36,041 nt of DNA from an uncultured Candidatus Saccharibacteria bacterium (GTDB lineage Bacteria; Patescibacteriota; Minisyncoccia; Minisyncoccales; CG1-02-41-26). A program made the translations under genes and the position numbers. Each line of letters opens with the position of its first letter. Within the stretch, counting starts at the first letter, position 1. Shown here one piece after another: positions 33,257 to 36,041 of this stretch. The DNA is taken from positions 79,975-116,015 of the forward strand of contig CAYLHU010000001.1 of NCBI GenBank assembly GCA_964383715.1, in the 5' to 3' direction. The notes under the pieces were generated by a model, which was given only the letters and a program-made list of their open reading frames with translations, did no database searches and had not been told where the DNA came from.

Positions 33257-33265
33257 TTAAATTTA

Positions 33266-35161
33266 CTAAATAAGAATTGCTTTTATTCGTCTCACTCCGG
33301 CACTTGATGATTCTTCTTTTTTAATCTTGAATTCTCCCAATTCAGATGTTCGCTGAATATGAGGACCGGCGCAAATCTCCCGACTAAAAGGAGGTTCTGA
33401 GCTTGTCGAAGAATTGCCTCCAATTGTATAAACGGAAACCTTTTCGGGATATTTTTCTTTAAAAAATGCCAAAACGCCTGATTTTAAGGCATCTTTAAGC
33501 AACATCTCTTCTCGTTTAACCTCCAAATCCGCTTTAATTTTTTGATTAACCAATAATTCAACTTTCTCAATTTCTTCAGAACTCATTTTTCTCTCAAAGG
33601 AAAAATCAAATCTTAATCTATCAGGATTAACATTTGACCCCATCTGTTGAACTTTCTCCCCCAAGACAATTCTTAGAGCACCCTGAAGTAAATGAGTAGC
33701 TGTGTGTAATTTAGTGGCTTTCAATTTCTCCTCCTCTGTTTTTAATTCTTCTATCCCCACTCCCCCAAATTTTTTCTCCGCTCCTACTCGAGATACCTCC
33801 TGATGTTTTTTTAATTTTTTTCTAAAATAATCCCAGTATTCTTTTTCGTTTATCTTTTTATTTACTTTTGGATATTTCCTTAATTCCTCTAATGTTAAAT
33901 CTGGAGGAAACCCGTAGGTTTCATACATATAAAAAGCAAACCCACCCTTAAATGGTAATTGCTGATCTTTTTCTTTTATTAAAGTTTTATTAAATAACTC
34001 AAAACTCTCAATATTTTTTTGTAAAAATTTTAATCCGCTATCTAATGTTTTCCCAAATTTTTCTTCCTCGTCTTTAATAACCTTTAAAATATTATCCTGT
34101 TCAGATTTTAATTCCGGATACACTTCCTCGTAAATACCTATCACTTTCTTAGACAAAGAAACAAGAAAATTTTGAGGTAGCCCCAATATCCTACCATATC
34201 GAATAGCCCTTCTTAAAATCCTTCTTAGGGTGTAACCTCTTCCGATATTTGAGGGTTCAATACCTTCTGCCCCTAAAAAAACAACCGATTTAATATGGTC
34301 AGCAACAATCCTCTCCCCCCTCAAATCTCCACAGGGCTGCCCTGTGTATTTTTCTTTTAAATCTCCACAGGGCAACCCTGTGTATTTTCTTAAATCTTTT
34401 AATATTAGCTCAAATATATCCGTTTCAAAAACCGAGGGCTTATTTTGAATGACAGCAACCAGTCGCTCAAGCCCCATTCCGGTATCAACTCCTTTTTGTT
34501 CCAATAACGAAAACTCCCTATTTTTATCTTGATAATATTCATTAAAGACCAAGTTCCAAATCTCAATAAATCTTCCGCATTGGCAATTGGGCAAACATTT
34601 TTCTCCTAACGAACAAGGGTTGCCAGTCAAATCGTAGTGAATTTCAGTCGTTGGACCACAGGGACCTTCTTCCCCCGTCGGCCCCCAAAAATTATCTTCC
34701 CGTCCAAAAGGATAAATTTTGTTTTTATCAATGCCTAATTTTTGCCAAATCTTCCCCGATTCCTCGTCTTTTGAAATCCTACTATCACCCTTAAAAATAG
34801 TGAACCATAATCTATCCTTGTCTAAATTACAAATCTCGGTTAAAAATTGAAAAGACAATTTAATGGCTTCTTCTTTAAAATAGTCCCCAAAACTAAAATT
34901 ACCTAACATTTCTAAAAATGTTAGGTGGGAAATATCACCAACATTATCAATGTCCGAAGTTCGGAGACATTTTTGACAAGAGGAGACCTTATTACCAAAG
35001 GGACTTTTTTGACCTAAAAAATATTTTTTAAACTGTTGCATCCCAGCCGTCGTAAAAAGAACTGTTGGGTCGTCAGAAATTAAAGGACTTGAAGGAATAA
35101 TCTTGTGTCCCCTTTTTTCAAAAAAATCTAAAAACTTTTGACGAATTTCTTGAGAGAGCAT
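33266..35161 (-). CDS. alaS: alanine--tRNA ligase, short form lacking the C-Ala domain
   Basis: FLDFF..RGH, FTTAGM, and editing-domain HTATHLL and CAGPH motifs. The protein ends shortly after GVRRIKAI. It is 631 aa, whereas full-length bacterial AlaRS is usually substantially longer. Confidence 0.9.
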   Translation of the reverse strand: MLSQEIRQKFLDFFEKRGHKIIPSSPLISDDPTVLFTTAGMQQFKKYFLGQKSPFGNKVSSCQKCLRTSDIDNVGDISHLTFLEMLGNFSFGDYFKEEAIKLSFQFLTEICNLDKDRLWFTIFKGDSRISKDEESGKIWQKLGIDKNKIYPFGREDNFWGPTGEEGPCGPTTEIHYDLTGNPCSLGEKCLPNCQCGRFIEIWNLVFNEYYQDKNREFSLLEQKGVDTGMGLERLVAVIQNKPSVFETDIFELILKDLRKYTGLPCGDLKEKYTGQPCGDLRGERIVADHIKSVVFLGAEGIEPSNIGRGYTLRRILRRAIRYGRILGLPQNFLVSLSKKVIGIYEEVYPELKSEQDNILKVIKDEEEKFGKTLDSGLKFLQKNIESFELFNKTLIKEKDQQLPFKGGFAFYMYETYGFPPDLTLEELRKYPKVNKKINEKEYWDYFRKKLKKHQEVSRVGAEKKFGGVGIEELKTEEEKLKATKLHTATHLLQGALRIVLGEKVQQMGSNVNPDRLRFDFSFERKMSSEEIEKVELLVNQKIKADLEVKREEMLLKDALKSGVLAFFKEKYPEKVSVYTIGGNSSTSSEPPFSREICAGPHIQRTSELGEFKIKKEESSSAGVRRIKAILI

Positions 35162-35166
35162 ATTCT

Positions 35167-35688
35167 TTAAGTAAACCTGTCGGCTATTATTGAGGCGGCA
35201 AAGGACTCCGGCTTTATTTTCGCCTCAAACCCGTTGCTTTTTATCAAACCAACAACCTCTTTTATCATATCTTTAGTCGGCCCATTTTGGCCAACATCAG
35301 CATGAACATATTGAAATTGATAGTTCAATTTAAGAGGAGATTTCCCAACTCTCTCCTTGATAGAATCCCTAAACCCCAAAGCCATTTCGCAGGAAAGATA
35401 AACTTCTTCCAAAATTCTTTGGCGAAATGTAAAAAATCTTTTCTTGCTATCTTCAGGATACCTGATTTTGGTAAGAAAAAATCTCCCCCCTCGTCCTTTT
35501 CTTAGAATAACTAAAACAACCGGGAAAGACGGCCTCTCATTAGAGTCCGAATCACACCCTATGACAATTTCGTAAAACTCACTGGGCTGGTCTGTCATAT
35601 AATCAAATACTTTTTCAACCACTCCTTGAAAGCTAACATTTTCACAATTTGGATTAAAAAAAAGAAAATCTTGATATTTATTAGACAT
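35167..35688 (-). CDS. YkuK/DUF458-like RNase H-fold protein (assignment from memory)
   Basis: 173 aa with IVIGCDSDS near the N-terminus, HADVGQNGPT, and a C-terminal AASIIADRFT, which resembles the YkuK family. Confidence 0.5.
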   Translation of the reverse strand: MSNKYQDFLFFNPNCENVSFQGVVEKVFDYMTDQPSEFYEIVIGCDSDSNERPSFPVVLVILRKGRGGRFFLTKIRYPEDSKKRFFTFRQRILEEVYLSCEMALGFRDSIKERVGKSPLKLNYQFQYVHADVGQNGPTKDMIKEVVGLIKSNGFEAKIKPESFAASIIADRFT

Positions 35689-35755
35689 ATATGAAATAAA
35701 TCTATTTATTATTCTATCATAAATCCTAAATTTTGAAAGACACTAAACTAAAAAA

Positions 35756-36041
35756 GGTTCGTTTGTGTGCGATGAGGGATTACCCTCATCTTTACAAACT
35801 CACTTCGTTCGTTTGTGGACGATCGTCTTAGAATGCACCCTTTTTCTTTTTCTTTCCTTCGTGCAAAAAAAGGTTCGTTTGTGTGCGATGAGGGATTACC
35901 CTCATCTTTACAAACTCACTTCGTTCGTTTGTGGACGATCGTCTTAGAATGCACCCTTTTTCTTTTTCTTTCCTTCGTGCAAAAAAAGGTTCGTTTGTGT
36001 GCGATGAGGGATTACCCTCATCTTTACAAACTCACTTCGTT
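35756..36041. repeat. tandem repeat, 116-bp period, about 2.5 identical units, running off the window
   Basis: The unit contains GCGATGAGGGATTACCCTCATC and GGACGATCGTCT. GGTTCGTTTGTGTGCGATGAGGG recurs at about 35756, 35872 and 35988. Confidence 0.85.

Noticed and set aside
35756-36041. Possible CRISPR array, given regularly spaced palindromic repeats (also considered for 14559-15216 and 25040-25500)
   Set aside because: The sequence between the palindromic hairpins is itself identical from unit to unit, so the whole 116-bp unit repeats and there are no unique spacers. No cas genes apart from an isolated Cas4-like nuclease 10 kb away. The other arrays are mosaics of different hairpins without a constant repeat length.
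1-36041. Search for a protein-encoded accessory system (defense island, toxin-antitoxin, DGR/retron reverse transcriptase, transposase, integrase, secretion or biosynthetic cluster)
   Set aside because: Every ORF of 60 aa or more is housekeeping, an antisense or repeat artefact, or one of three unknown or orphan genes: the 77-aa membrane protein, the 417-aa anchored protein and the Cas4-like nuclease. No RT, integrase, transposase or multi-gene accessory operon is visible. The unusual biology here is in the non-coding repeats and the candidate RNA.

Overview
This is an AT-rich window of housekeeping genes that looks like a reduced bacterial genome of the CPR/Patescibacteria type. That placement is an inference from several traits: a split gatCAB, an archaeal-type ProRS, a short AlaRS, a ThyX-family thymidylate synthase and very few Shine-Dalgarno sites. 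All genes except miaB and miaA are on the minus strand. They include gatB, deoC, tmk and a thyX-like gene; the secE-nusG-rplK cluster; an intein-containing gyrB; pheT; three tRNAs; gatC-gatA; two mreB paralogs; proS, an rseP-like protease, frr and holB; an orphan Cas4-like nuclease; the cluster infA-rpmJ-rpsM-rpsK-rpsD-rpoA-rplQ-rplM-rpsI; alaS; and a YkuK-like protein.

The unusual part is the non-coding DNA, since nearly every intergenic spacer is enlarged and filled with repeats:
- An ORF-free locus of about 600 nt between pheT and gyrB, more G+C-rich than its surroundings, with its own near-consensus promoter and intrinsic terminator. I read it as a candidate large structured RNA.
- A family of hairpins built on a conserved GCGATGA...TCATC base with compensatory upper stems, assembled into composite arrays.
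- An 80-105 bp MITE-like element with 15-bp terminal inverted repeats, in 6 copies.
- An SD-less leader cassette with the same core motif placed directly in front of the ATG of at least 7 unrelated genes.
- Mini-insertions flanked by duplicated tRNA 3' ends.
- 7-8 nt 'word' arrays that expand the spacers of the ribosomal alpha operon.

I saw no CRISPR array, defense operon, reverse transcriptase or transposase. Coordinates of features not anchored to an ORF were counted by hand and may be off by about 2 nt.
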